Of a stretch of DNA of 54,024 nt, positions 12,001-18,827 are shown one piece after another. Both the position numbers and the translations under genes were made by a program. The notes under the pieces were generated by a model. It made no database searches and was not told the DNA's origin. It was given only the letters and a program-made list of their open reading frames with translations. The DNA is from an uncultured bacterium. GTDB lineage: Bacteria; Patescibacteriota; Minisyncoccia; Phycocordibacterales; PALSA-1337. The stretch is taken from contig CAIQIZ010000011.1 of the NCBI GenBank assembly GCA_903872035.1, positions 1 to 54,024 on the forward strand, written 5' to 3'. Each line of letters opens with the position of its first letter. The first letter of the stretch is position 1.

Positions 12001-13207
12001 CAGGATATACCTGTATGGATGTCGGTCCTGACCCAACATGAGGCCGCGCATAGATAGTGATATCGTTCGAACTCTCCAGCCCCCTATCAAAAGTGACTCG
12101 AACATACTGCCCATCAGCCAGATCCGCAAAATTCTGATCCAGCATTCCGACAAGATCGAAAATATCGCCAATAGCATTCAAGTTAGAATCCAACTGCAAA
12201 GCGTTTGAAATATAAATTATTTGAAATGTTTGCGTCGACAAGTGCGGCACGATCCAACCAACGTGGTCGATAAATCCATTACCATCGTCATCATAAGCAA
12301 CGAATTGCATGTCGGCGCTCCCGTTGTTCTGCCATTTGATCTTGATCTTATCTTCTTCACCGACTTTGTATATTTCCGGTATAGCGATGCGAACAGGAAC
12401 ATCGATCATCGGCTGTACTGCTTCCTGCTCATCCGTCGCCGAGATAGTCACCAGTTTTCCATTCGCAGTCTCTTGCTCGACAATTTTTGGAGGTGTTGTC
12501 GTCGCCACCGATTCAGTAGTCGAGGCCGTTGATGTCGCTAACTGTTCGGTAGTCGAAGCAGTGATAGTGATAGCTGTTGTTGAAGCGGTAGTCCCTATTG
12601 AAGAGGTCGCCACTAGCAAAGTTGTGCTCGCTTGTGGGAGAGTAGTTGTCCCTTGAAGATTCGTGCCACCACTTGAACCACCGACTGAAGTTGGTTCTGT
12701 TGTCGAAGCTGTCGATGTAGAAGTTTCGCCTGGATTCGTAGACGATGCAAAAGAAGTTGTTGAGGAAGCCGTATATGAAGAAGTGGAGGTCGCAAATTCC
12801 GGAAAAGTTGATCCCGAGCCTGTTCCTGGATTTACAGGTTCTATGACAGGGGCTGCAGAAGACGCATTCGTTGATTCTGATGTCGAAGCGACTGATCCTG
12901 ATGATTGCGCATTTCCATCTGATGACGATGGTGACACAGTCGGCGACGGTGAGGTCGATGGTGTCGGCGTAGGATCTGGAGCAACACTGACCGACGGTGT
13001 CGGCGTAGGGACACTTGATGGTGAAGCTGATGGAGTTGCTGACTGAACATCAGGAGAGACTGATGGAGAAACTGCGCTTTCTACCGGTGGAGCCACTGCG
13101 GCATCCCCCGAAGCAACGTCGTCAGCGAGTGCTATGCGAGAGGAACCGACGAGAAGAAGCACGACCAAAATTAAGTTCACACCTAGACGAAAGGTTCGGG
13201 CCATCAT
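1..13207 (-). CDS. Giant secreted/surface protein (>4400 aa, 3' end outside window): signal peptide, S/T/P stalk, GLUG-repeat solenoid with Gly-rich inserts, 7-repeat beta-propeller, Fn3 domains
   Basis: Manual translation from ATG at 13207 gives MMARTFRLGVNLILVVLLLVGSSRIALA. The same frame reads through most of the region, e.g. DHVGWIVPHLSTQTF (~12250), FTGDFDGGGYKISNL (~11250), repeated YAGGLVG...NSYATG, QWRSVTYGNG repeats and PDAPTITSVSSGDSQATIYFNAP (~100). The short minus-strand ORFs in the track all sit in one shifted frame, consistent with a single open frame lacking a stop in the window. Confidence 0.93.
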   Translation of the reverse strand, partial: MMARTFRLGVNLILVVLLLVGSSRIALADDVASGDAAVAPPVESAVSPSVSPDVQSATPSASPSSVPTPTPSVSVAPDPTPTPSTSPSPTVSPSSSDGNAQSSGSVASTSESTNASSAAPVIEPVNPGTGSGSTFPEFATSTSSYTASSTTSFASSTNPGETSTSTASTTEPTSVGGSSGGTNLQGTTTLPQASTTLLVATSSIGTTASTTAITITASTTEQLATSTASTTESVATTTPPKIVEQETANGKLVTISATDEQEAVQPMIDVPVRIAIPEIYKVGEEDKIKIKWQNNGSADMQFVAYDDDGNGFIDHVGWIVPHLSTQTFQIIYISNALQLDSNLNAIGDIFDLVGMLDQNFADLADGQYVRVTFDRGLESSNDITIYARPHVGSGPTSIQVYPVYTDALGNTTEGSPLQATFQIDQDGKYRILLTDLLIPTAVFDLKIIGNTDIDYVVDPAPNIAYWVNGTGNWSDDTNHWATSSNGIARSGNLPGPNTSVFFDNFSGTGASIVTINATTTVGSFTIGTSTGYTGTIVQNAPLFIVNTSGQSGNFVETSAATFTAMNPAVNTFSAAGNFALNAGTFRRYTGTGISADPFMIYDVYGLQAMRTSLTSSFKLFNDIDAASTTAWNQNTGFIPIGNATTNFTGDFDGGGYKISNLYISTTSSSYVGLFGYSVSQIRNVTLSNISINATSTPGTAGVNGNDGVMGGTVTASANANGTTTPTAGGAGGTLYVGGLVAYNSGLITNVNVSGSIIGMGGTGGLGGYGGKGGWIASGASTAGAGGLSVSNAAALGGTVYVGGLVGFFQQGNITNSCSTAMVMGIGGTGGASGNGGEGGYTLGTGIGGAGGAVGVPGAGGVSYTGGLVGWTNSGTITASNSEGNVTAIGGVGGAAGLAGNGGAGGTLPSISGIGGNGAAGGAGGFSYAGGLVGVNNAVIEAGSFATGTIQSFGGIATVGSAGGNASTSPGNNTAAGGNGGSGGAGGVAYAGGIVAQNGTGGIINGTAGQVYSIGSVSATGADGKIAGAGGIGGSGATGGGAGGADAAAAGGTGGTALVGGIAGQNSGLIVSAYSTTGLIYLHGGIGGIGGTGGLGGLATSGLSGAAGTTGNGGAGNNATIANSYAGGLAGSNIGTIQYSFSTNAISATAGAGGAGGNGAAGRANLTAAGGGTGGAGGVIYVGGVAGNNTLLITDSYHMTGAINGTAGAGGAAGAGGAGSGSGLAGPGGTATVGAIIYEGGITGADGTVGSSGGILTNVYSIGDVIGTSGAGGAGANGIDGILGMAGTAGTAGANGGVAYVAGIVGYQNAGDILNAYSAGNIIVNAGMGGIGGTGGNGANGTTTTGGAGQLGQNGGTGGEADGGGIIGKFIIGTLSNASSTASTTVSGGAGGNGGRGGSGGDGGKNGGTGFAGGASGTGGNGGQGGVAYAGGFVGRNAGVITSISTSLMLGNVSAFAGIAGDAGYGGNGGNSTSTISTGTAAAGQTGGTGGAGAAAFAGGIAGDTTNAITNVYASSTVIAVASAGKNGAAAGIAGSGAFGSLGHLGAAGATGGAGGAGAIAYAGGIAGQSVTTITNANIGLGSVLAVGSAGGNGVNGGDGGVGGTGSAGGQGGIGGAGAAGNIAYAGGIVGNNFTSGTQNGVVQNSFALVSVSAIGGGSGNGGVGGAGGLGAAGGAGGAVSAPAAAYAGGLVAYSNGIINNSYATGIASSTGGYGGMPGSGGKGGNGVVSGGLGFTGGANGLGDTAGNITSRTGGAAYSGGLLGYNAAGGNIQGGSHASGDAYATGGRGGDGTTGAASGNSTNGNAGIVGIQGGIGGTGGVASAGGLVGYSLALVSDDTFATGDASSTGGRAGNGGAGGASGAAGTSGTGVGGIAGGAGGIGGAAYVGGVMGYNGVLGTTIINANNLGWINSTGGSGGDGGIGGVGGAGTGAAGGGGGTGGAGGNGGADYGGGIAGSNTGIIRDIHYTITSINVIGGWGGNGARGGNAGSTTGSVSVGTGGQAGSGGAGGIGGTTLVGGLAGDNPGVILNSEVIGSISASGRNGGNGGNGGDGGSGGLAGFNGGVAGTGGNGGNGGVIYLGGLAGQGNGNISLSHAIGGNITIVSGSSGGIGGTGGNGGVGGGGAGKNGTGGTGGNGGVTGASYAGGAVGYSGSNYILFDTIYSTNNVSITAGIGGAGGTSTPGTIGAQGGAGGAGGAGGASGAYTYAGGLIGAAAGAGDTIRFSYATGTVMVIGQMGGLGAKGATGGDGAASMAGGLGGTGGVGGFGGYTYVGGLVGLTSSYILVSDSYSMGMASSTAGSAGSAGKGGDGGAGNAAIGGNGGAGGSGATALGGIAYTGGLIGIGTIGLVVDSYSTSIVSGTSGTGGVGGSGGTGNTGGYGFKGGDGGNGIIGGAGAANYTGGLIGQFTGTVDNSYHYSGFIQAIGGNGGVGGIGGAAGKSGSTTAVTAGQGGTGGAGGASGLMNVGGLVGEDTTILAVIRNSYATSTDITVIAGTGGAGSRGGDGGDGSLGASEIGGVGGVGGAGGSGATGAGTAVQVGGLVGRITLGTVTSSYAKGGTITINGASGGTSAFGGIGGAGSVNVAAAIYGLGGAGGAGGAGGQIYAGGLVGYTTGVVETNSFSTTTLNITGGSGMDGTDGRTATSTSGTAGSNGGNGGAPGAIYAGGLIGYTTSDIVSSYAGYDSTTGEGNIVANGGSAGKGGNAGNGGSGLLVGSAGGQGGAAAGTGGGASGAVGAVIGGLVGFSSGNITSSFSDGITISGTEQPGGKGGNGGSGGAGSVSSMGGIGVIGGAGGYGGLRAIGGLVGDYLPGTTGTIQGSYSNINIKVFGGGSGTGGNSGSGGASGAVSGGTSAVGIAGAVGYAGGAAYGGGLVGRISGTTGPILQIVNSYATGNVVVQGGYGGDGGSAGAAGSAFLGVSGHVAAGAVLGGQSGAGGEADAGGLVGYSALTSGQIDYIGVFATVSATSTGGNAGTGGKSGDAALSRPNVTGLNGGGAVTVSTGGAAYAGGLIGNNKVTLAGGVNDILNSYATGNVYALGGRGSMGNTGGIGADGTSTAAGGNGGIGGNGGIGGEADAGGLVGYGGASAGEGNYTNSYSLSNTVIAMGGKGGDGGTAGTSGYGGTDSAGGATGAAGTSGAGGAAYAGGLVGRTVSTASMNLSISSSYSTANVYATGGTSGDGKIGVIGGHGGPGVTSAKGGVGGNGGATGNGGAVYVGGLVGDNTGIVEDTSYATGNVFAYSGSVGTAAKGGPGGISGTLSGGTAASGGNGGAGGNGGAIYAGGLIGNNEATGIIISSFANSSVLSVSQNGGTGGEGGKGGDGSAGTSTHIGGPGGTGGTGGIGGANYSGGLIGYNQNAASTTISSYATGTTIDATSGNGGNGGKGGDGGLPGTAGKGGDGFTGGSAVAALPGALYVGGFVGDNNGTIYLNSYSTSNVIGRAGIGGAGGAGGIGAQGGVGGAGGAGANGGAGGSAAASGAGTNAYAGGFAGANESGRTIKDSWSTGTVTLYGGNGGAGGEGGDGGRGGDGQASGAGGTGGQAGVRTAGSAGGIAYAGGFVGYNVGTLYTDYSIGNVNVYGGTGGAGGAGGNGGRGGDGGPTGAGGVGGNENTTAAAGTGGNLFAGGFLGENFTAGIVQDSWSSGNIYTVGGNGGTAGASSTAGRGGDAGTTSNQNGGNGGTSLGGSNGGAGGTSYAGGFIGANLTTGSFNTSYSSGNVTMVGGNGVVGGTGGQGGAGGTGGTSGTGGTGRDGSAGGNGGNGGDVYGGGLVGQNTGVITNAYSTGSASSTAGTPGNGGPGGPGGNGGTGTLGNGANGNGLTGGNGGTGANAFVGGLLGTNNTSAVTNAYSIGAPSGTKTSGATGGAGGAKGTGGTGGSNGGAGTLGGSGTQYVGGLVGSSLGGSYVSDYFDATYSGKLNGVTGGFAWAVATSTSARQWRSVAYGNGIFVAVASDGTTANQIMTSIDGQVWLARTSPSASQWSSITFGNGIFVAVASSTATTTQIMTSSNGINWSNQTSPSGLQWYSVTYGNGYFVAVASSTATTSQIMTSSDGIQWFIQTSPSARQWRSVTYGNGMFVAVAQDGTTANQIMTSSDMVNWFSQTSPSARQWRSVTYGNGIFVAVAYDGAVATQIMTSTDGVNWFSQTSPSARQWTSVTFGNGLFVAVAYDGAVATQIMTSPNGITWTSQTSASARLWNAVAYGNGLLVAVAQDGTALTDLMNSGIGVMTGTTTPVMQHQATYTGWDFTSLIWKIAEASTYPYFNYQNIPNPPTNIVAVAGSNSATITFTPPVDNGSSAIIRYVVTSSGGQTATGTTSPITISGLNNGASYTFTVTATNSTGTSSPSAASISVMPATIPDAPTITSVSSGDSQATIYFNAPANNGSTILLYTATSTDGLHFATSTGS
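570..1440 (-). repeat. Seven 43-aa (129-nt) repeats, predicted beta-propeller blades
   Basis: Consensus QWRSVTYGNGxFVAVAxDGxxxxQIMTSxDGxxWxxQTSPSAR; GNG codons near 1385, 1255, 1125, 997, 868, 739 and 610. Confidence 0.85.
1500..11100 (-). repeat. About 49 protein-level tandem units (~66 aa): GLUG-type core plus glycine-rich (GGX)n insert
   Basis: Hand count of [YF]xGG[LIF][VIA]G-like cores from ~10990 to ~1535 gives 49, average spacing ~197 nt; DNA between units is diverged. Confidence 0.85.
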
Positions 13208-13896
13208 TTGATACAATTTTATCAAGATATCATGACCGTGCATAGCGAAAATACACAGTAAATGTAAGCGTAATTTGAGCATTCCAATCAGACAGAGTAT
13301 TATCGAAAATCGGGTGACTTTAAGCACCTTCGCCTTACAAATTTACCCCGTAATTCAAGCAAAATGAGTGATAGAAATCAGGCCAAATCGACAAACTACG
13401 TATATATATTGTACAAATATTTTCTATTTCAAAATTGGTGACCTTTATAAACCTTAATAGTCTTTAATAGTTAATTGGAATACCACGGCTAACTTTCGTC
13501 CTCACCGTTTATGCACAAAATTTCTATGCGGTTGGCGGTCTCGAGTATTTCAATCGACGTTCTGAACAGCTTGAATCATGTAGGTCCTTCCGGAAGACAT
13601 GTTCAACCTTGTTCTAAATGAAGCGCCCAAGCAACTATGGTCAACGTCTCTACTCCCCACCGATCAACGGGCTCTGCAGTTATCCACACCAGTCTGTTCA
13701 AAATGTCCAAAAAAGCACATAAAATTTCCCTGACATTCATTTGACTACTTAACATTGATTTGCTTCAAACAATTACGACCAAGTTGACATCGGTAATTAT
13801 TGTGGTAATGTCAGCGACGGATTGTTATAAATATGCAATTCCATTGCCTGCCATATAAATTGACTGGCACATGAAAATACAGAAAGACAGGGTTCT

Positions 13897-14991
13897 ATGA
13901 AAAAGAAACAGATCGATCAGACACCACCACAAACACAGCCGCCCGCCAAAGCACCGCCAGCGCAACCGTGTTTCCATCCCAGCATCGAGGGTGCCCAGCA
14001 CGGGCCAAAGTCGCTTTTGGAGTTTCTCGATTACGCCAAGATGTCCGGAGCCGTCGGCGCGCAACCGTCCAACTTTCATTGCCAAAAGAAAGATGGGCGA
14101 CTCATGAACGCGAAGGAGGTCAAAGAAGCCTTCGACATAGCCGAACTCCGGCTCGACGGTATTTCCGCTCACTGCCCTTTCTGGGTGCACACTACTGCCT
14201 GGACCGGCAGCCCCACCATCCGACCTTTCATTCCGGCCGATGTGGCCAAATTGTCGCCGCAAGCAATCGAGAAGTGGGCCGAGAAATATATCCTCAAGCT
14301 ACTCGATCTCTGTGCCGAGCTCGGCGTCAAGATCATCCCGATGTTCTGGGGAGTCGCCTTCGGCTGGGAGGTCGCCACCGGATACCCATGGGGCTTCTGG
14401 GGTAGCGACGATTACAACCTTATCGTGGAAGGCAAGGAGCGCTTCGTGACGAAGACAGCCAAGATCCGCCGACATGCCAATTCGAACGGCCAGTCGCTCG
14501 CTCACGAGATCCACCCCGGCACCGGAGCCATGTGCGCCGACGATTTCCTGGAATTGGTCGCGATCTGCCAGGGCGACAAATGCCTGACCGTCAATGCCGA
14601 TCCCTCTCACTGCTGGGAAGGTGAGGACTGGGAAACTCGGTTCCTCAAGGTCGGCCACCGCATCTGCGCTTGCCATATCAAGAACTTCGTCATCCGTCGG
14701 GGCCTGCCCCTTCGCATGATGGAGCCAGCTTGGCAAAAGCGCGCCATGCAATTCGTGGACTTGCCGACAGGCCAAATCAACCTAGCTCGCTACGTCGAAC
14801 TCCTCATCCATGTCGGTTATCCTCAGCGTTACTGTATGCTGACAGGTGCCAAGACCGCTCCGCTTATCGTCGAAGCCGAGAGCGCTTACCGCGACCTGGA
14901 CGCCACCAGCGCCAATGGCATCCAATACGTGCTCAATAACCTCTGCTTCCCTATCGCCACCGGTTCCTTTGAAGACGGCATGGGCGCATAG
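13897..14991 (+). CDS. Sugar phosphate isomerase/epimerase-like TIM-barrel protein (xylose isomerase-like/AP endonuclease 2 fold)
   Basis: 364-aa ORF with AHEIHPG, NADPSHC, CHIKN and IVEAE metal-ligand-like motifs; followed by a terminator. Confidence 0.75.
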   Translation: MKKKQIDQTPPQTQPPAKAPPAQPCFHPSIEGAQHGPKSLLEFLDYAKMSGAVGAQPSNFHCQKKDGRLMNAKEVKEAFDIAELRLDGISAHCPFWVHTTAWTGSPTIRPFIPADVAKLSPQAIEKWAEKYILKLLDLCAELGVKIIPMFWGVAFGWEVATGYPWGFWGSDDYNLIVEGKERFVTKTAKIRRHANSNGQSLAHEIHPGTGAMCADDFLELVAICQGDKCLTVNADPSHCWEGEDWETRFLKVGHRICACHIKNFVIRRGLPLRMMEPAWQKRAMQFVDLPTGQINLARYVELLIHVGYPQRYCMLTGAKTAPLIVEAESAYRDLDATSANGIQYVLNNLCFPIATGSFEDGMGA

Positions 14992-15014
14992 TCGCCACAC
15001 CCAAGTAGCATCGT

Positions 15015-15050
15015 AATAGCCGAGCAGGTCGTCTGCTCGGCTATTTTTAT
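15015..15050 (+). terminator. Rho-independent terminator
   Basis: AATAGCCGAGCAG-gtcgt-CTGCTCGGCTATT followed by TTTAT, between convergent genes. Confidence 0.8.
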
Positions 15051-15075
15051 ATGTCCCTATGACTGGATAAGAACT

Positions 15076-15567
15076 TTATTGCCTTCTATTTATCTCATCT
15101 TCTGCTTTGATCGCCATTTCGAGAAATGCTGATATATCCGCCATGCTCATAACTCTGGGTTTGATGTCTTTTATGCAGAAAACGCCGACTGGTAGGTTTG
15201 TTTTAGCATCATGTAGGGACCTGCCTGCATAGAATCTGATGAATGGTTCACCGATGACCATCGGATTATCGGCGAAAAGCGGATCCTTTAGAGTATCCTC
15301 GATGATAAACATTTCTTCATGTAGTAACGCATGAGCGCAAAATGATATATCCCGTGGTCCTTCACGTTGTTTCAATCCCTGCATCGATTTGTACCATTCT
15401 CGATCTTTGTCGATGATAGTGATAGTAGAAATTGGCACAGCAAATCGCAAAGCAGCTTCTCTGGTGATCTTATCGAACCTTTCCTCAATGGCCGTGTCCA
15501 GAATCTTCAGATCCTGAACGGCGCACATCCGATCTCTCTCATATCCTGGAACTAAGGGTTTATTCAT
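15076..15567 (-). CDS. Stand-alone GAF domain protein
   Basis: ILDTAIEERFDKITR, PRDISFCAHAL, FADNPMV and IRFYAG are typical GAF sensory-domain motifs; no output domain. Confidence 0.85.
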   Translation of the reverse strand: MNKPLVPGYERDRMCAVQDLKILDTAIEERFDKITREAALRFAVPISTITIIDKDREWYKSMQGLKQREGPRDISFCAHALLHEEMFIIEDTLKDPLFADNPMVIGEPFIRFYAGRSLHDAKTNLPVGVFCIKDIKPRVMSMADISAFLEMAIKAEDEINRRQ

Positions 15568-15635
15568 GTTGAGATAATTGTATCATACTAATTCCGAAGA
15601 TTTCCCTTTGCGTCAGCATGCTAATCCTGAACCTC

Positions 15636-18600
15636 CTATCTACTAAGTACCGCGTGCATAATGCGGCTAAATGCCCAATAAACGCTAGCAGTGAATTCTG
15701 ACGAACCGTTGTTTAGATCCATCGCAGCCGGACTACTTGAAGGGCTCGGTGTGTGACTCGGGGTTGGTGACGGAGATGACGATGGTGTTGGTGATGCTGT
15801 CACCGATACAGAAGGCGTCGGACTTGGCGCGTGACTAATGGAAGGTGTCGGGGATGGTGAGCTAGATTGGCTAGCTGAGGAACCGGCATAATAACTAGAT
15901 GTTCGAGCAGATTCGGACGCAGGTGCTGGTGTAGATGAAGGAGTAGGTGAAGGAGTCGGAGCTGATACTGATCCTTGTGAATACGGAATAGGTGTAGGTG
16001 ACGATGCGATACCGGAGATCGTCAGCGTCATATTGTTACTTGAACCTGTAACTGGGTGTGTGACTTGTACGGAATATACACCCACTGGAACATTTGGTAC
16101 GAATTGCAATGTAGAACCATTAGCCGAAACTACGGAATATGTCTTTGGTGTAGAGGGACGCCCCGCCAATTGTGCCATCAAAGTAACGACGTTTGCTGCA
16201 GTCTTAGAGAAGCGGACACCCGTGATCGTGACTGTCTGATTTGGAGTGGCAGGATTAGGTGAGAGCGAATTGAGATATGGCGAGACTTCGCCTATGATCA
16301 CGACGTTGTTCGTGGTGTTAGCAGTTGTTACAGGTATGAATTGGAGATTTGGATATTGACCGAGTACGACTTGGGTCAACGAACCATGATAAGCTCCAGC
16401 GAACATCTGCTTGGGATTGGCGGTCATAGTAACGGTGAAAGTCGACACTGTATTTGCTGGTAAGTTGAAATAACCGAAGCCGTCATCTGTCGCACCTCGT
16501 TGAGTATAAGTTTCCGGACCGCTCCAATTGAAGCCGTTTCCGGTCACATCGAAGATAGAGAACGCTCCTTCCTTCTGAAGCTTTTGTGGGACATTGCCTG
16601 GATTTATCCCGACCGTAAACGTATTAACCAAACCCGCTTCCCCACCAGACGGGTCATACTTCAAAGCTAGAGTCGGTGTACCAACGATCGTAACCGAAGC
16701 CGGCGTAGCGTTTGGATCCGTTATAGTGAACTCACCACTCTTACCACTCAACCCGGAATTGTTATCCTGTATGACGATTTTGTAGCTACCCGACGGGATA
16801 TCCGCCAAGACCCAAGCATTTCCATTGTAGTAATAATATTTACCAACTGTCCAGGTGTACGTGTTGTTTGCATAACTGGCAAGCCGATTTGGGTCGGCCA
16901 GATAATACATGTTGTAACCATTTGAATCTTCTGCCCAGATCTGCATCAATTGATTTCCTCCTCCAGTCCAAACGATATCTGCATGTGACCCAACTGAGAG
17001 GTTACTACCGGTTGCCGGAGCTGTGACAGATATAGGATCGAGAGCACCGAAAGTCAACGGGTTAGTCGAGGCATTGAAAGTAAACGGGACGACCTTATAA
17101 TTTGGTTGGAAACTATCAAGCCGCACACGATATGTATCCTTCAGCAAGCCATCACGTCTCACTGACCCCGTGAGCACAAACCGCGCTGTAGAATTCGGAG
17201 ATATTAGATAATATGGCCCAGGAACATCTGTAACATTCGTGCTTGGCATATCATATGACAGGTTTATGTTCGAATTATGATTGTCACCAGTTCCAACCAA
17301 TGTATAGGCAAAGGCACCAGACCTTAACACTTGTAATGCGGAAGGGCCAGCATGAATATCCACATTAAAAGTGGCATTCGCCCAATTCTGGTCACCCTGA
17401 CTGGTCTGCAAAGTCCCAACACCAACCACATTCGCTGTAACTCCTGGTGGCCGGATCTTCGTCAAAGCACAATGATTCAGAAAAGCAGATAGATGCGATT
17501 CATATACCTGCTTTGAGGTGAATGGTAAAGTTACAGCTATCGGATGATAAGTTTGCCCCATAGCCTGAGCAAAACTGGCCGAAGTGAAGTAGCTCGCGTA
17601 TTGGTAGAATCGTATCTTCAAATACTCGATCAGCATGGTCTTGTCGACATTGCTGTATGGGAACTGATTGACTAGAGCGATCATTTGATCGAGCGATGCT
17701 GAACTTCCAAATATGTTCCTAGCGATTCCATAATATGACGATTGATACGAAGGACGAATATCGTTGGACAGACCACTTATGAGTTGTGAGACGTACGTAT
17801 TGGCAGGATCCGCAACAGTCATGCCACACGAGAAAGCCGCGTCGAATCCATGTGGTATTATCTCTGTCTTACCAGTGGTCAAGTTTATGCCCCAATCTTC
17901 ATTATGAAGAGGCGCCACATCTTCCAGATTTAGAACTTCCGTCAACAAGAACAACCTGATCGTCGTATCCGGATCGAATGACAACTGATGGATATCCGTA
18001 TTATCTGTCTTGCTCACGATAGAGGCTGAAGTCAGTCTGTTTATCACATTAGGGGTCCAAGAAGCTTTCCCACCTTGGTTATCACCGGATTCATAAAGAC
18101 TCGAATTCAGATTGAATTGGGTTGTAAATGGAACCTCATCACTGCTTTCATTGTCTCTTGCGACCATCATGTAACGGAATGTGCGCCCGGCATATCCAGG
18201 ATCGGTAGTGAGGAATCTTACATTGGCGAAACCGACGATATCCGTTGTAGGAACACCAAAAGCTCTGAATATCTTGAATATTATGTATTCTCGGAGGTTG
18301 ACATTCAGTTGACCGCTGAAACCGATATCACTGCCATTGGCAGTGTAATCGTTCCAACCATCACATTCGGGAATGAGCCGGACTTTCTTATACTTCAATA
18401 TCGACTTCCCGTCATAAGTGCTCAAACCGTGGAACTTACCATCTGGATTTCCTGAAGAAAAAGTGACATTCAGGACTGGCGGACGACATTCTGAACGCAT
18501 ACCGCCCTTCCATTCGTATTTTATGCTCCAATCTTGGATAGTAGCGCCGTTTTGGCTTTCCTTCAGATCTCCAGAAGGATTGGGGGTTGTTCCAGTAATC

Positions 18601-18764
18601 AATAAGGACTGGCCGAGAGTATCGAATGTAAAATCGTGCATCGGATACGTGCTCGTCTGAGCAATCGCTAGTTTAGGAAACACCATCAGATAACCGACCA
18701 CGAGTGACGCCAAAGTGCCGCTTAATATAGCGGCTATAATAAGCGGACGAGATTTATTTTTCAT
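15636..18764 (-). CDS. Secreted/membrane-anchored CotH-kinase-like protein with Ig-like/IPT domains and a Pro/Ser/Thr tail
   Basis: N-terminal hydrophobic segment; LKYKKVRL, LREYIIFKIFRAFGVPT and ED...HNEDW...IIPHGFDAAF resemble CotH-family motifs; PYLNSLSPNPATPNQTVTITGVRF is IPT/TIG-like; PTPS repeats near the C-terminus. Confidence 0.6.
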   Translation of the reverse strand: MKNKSRPLIIAAILSGTLASLVVGYLMVFPKLAIAQTSTYPMHDFTFDTLGQSLLITGTTPNPSGDLKESQNGATIQDWSIKYEWKGGMRSECRPPVLNVTFSSGNPDGKFHGLSTYDGKSILKYKKVRLIPECDGWNDYTANGSDIGFSGQLNVNLREYIIFKIFRAFGVPTTDIVGFANVRFLTTDPGYAGRTFRYMMVARDNESSDEVPFTTQFNLNSSLYESGDNQGGKASWTPNVINRLTSASIVSKTDNTDIHQLSFDPDTTIRLFLLTEVLNLEDVAPLHNEDWGINLTTGKTEIIPHGFDAAFSCGMTVADPANTYVSQLISGLSNDIRPSYQSSYYGIARNIFGSSASLDQMIALVNQFPYSNVDKTMLIEYLKIRFYQYASYFTSASFAQAMGQTYHPIAVTLPFTSKQVYESHLSAFLNHCALTKIRPPGVTANVVGVGTLQTSQGDQNWANATFNVDIHAGPSALQVLRSGAFAYTLVGTGDNHNSNINLSYDMPSTNVTDVPGPYYLISPNSTARFVLTGSVRRDGLLKDTYRVRLDSFQPNYKVVPFTFNASTNPLTFGALDPISVTAPATGSNLSVGSHADIVWTGGGNQLMQIWAEDSNGYNMYYLADPNRLASYANNTYTWTVGKYYYYNGNAWVLADIPSGSYKIVIQDNNSGLSGKSGEFTITDPNATPASVTIVGTPTLALKYDPSGGEAGLVNTFTVGINPGNVPQKLQKEGAFSIFDVTGNGFNWSGPETYTQRGATDDGFGYFNLPANTVSTFTVTMTANPKQMFAGAYHGSLTQVVLGQYPNLQFIPVTTANTTNNVVIIGEVSPYLNSLSPNPATPNQTVTITGVRFSKTAANVVTLMAQLAGRPSTPKTYSVVSANGSTLQFVPNVPVGVYSVQVTHPVTGSSNNMTLTISGIASSPTPIPYSQGSVSAPTPSPTPSSTPAPASESARTSSYYAGSSASQSSSPSPTPSISHAPSPTPSVSVTASPTPSSSPSPTPSHTPSPSSSPAAMDLNNGSSEFTASVYWAFSRIMHAVLSR

Positions 18765-18827
18765 GTCCTAATGATAACTTTATTATCACCGCCATGATAG
18801 TGGATAACTCCGTGTTACAATGCCGCC

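Noticed and set aside
12217-12300. Suspected frameshift in the giant ORF
   Set aside because: Re-reading gives GAC CAC GTT GGT TGG ATC (DHVGWI), so the frame is continuous.
104-13245. Dozens of short Pro-rich plus-strand ORFs and Val/Glu-rich minus-strand ORFs
   Set aside because: They are antisense and shifted-frame shadows of the Gly-rich giant ORF.
13250-13890. Replication origin
   Set aside because: Only two DnaA-box-like sites, and no dnaA/dnaN nearby; insufficient support.
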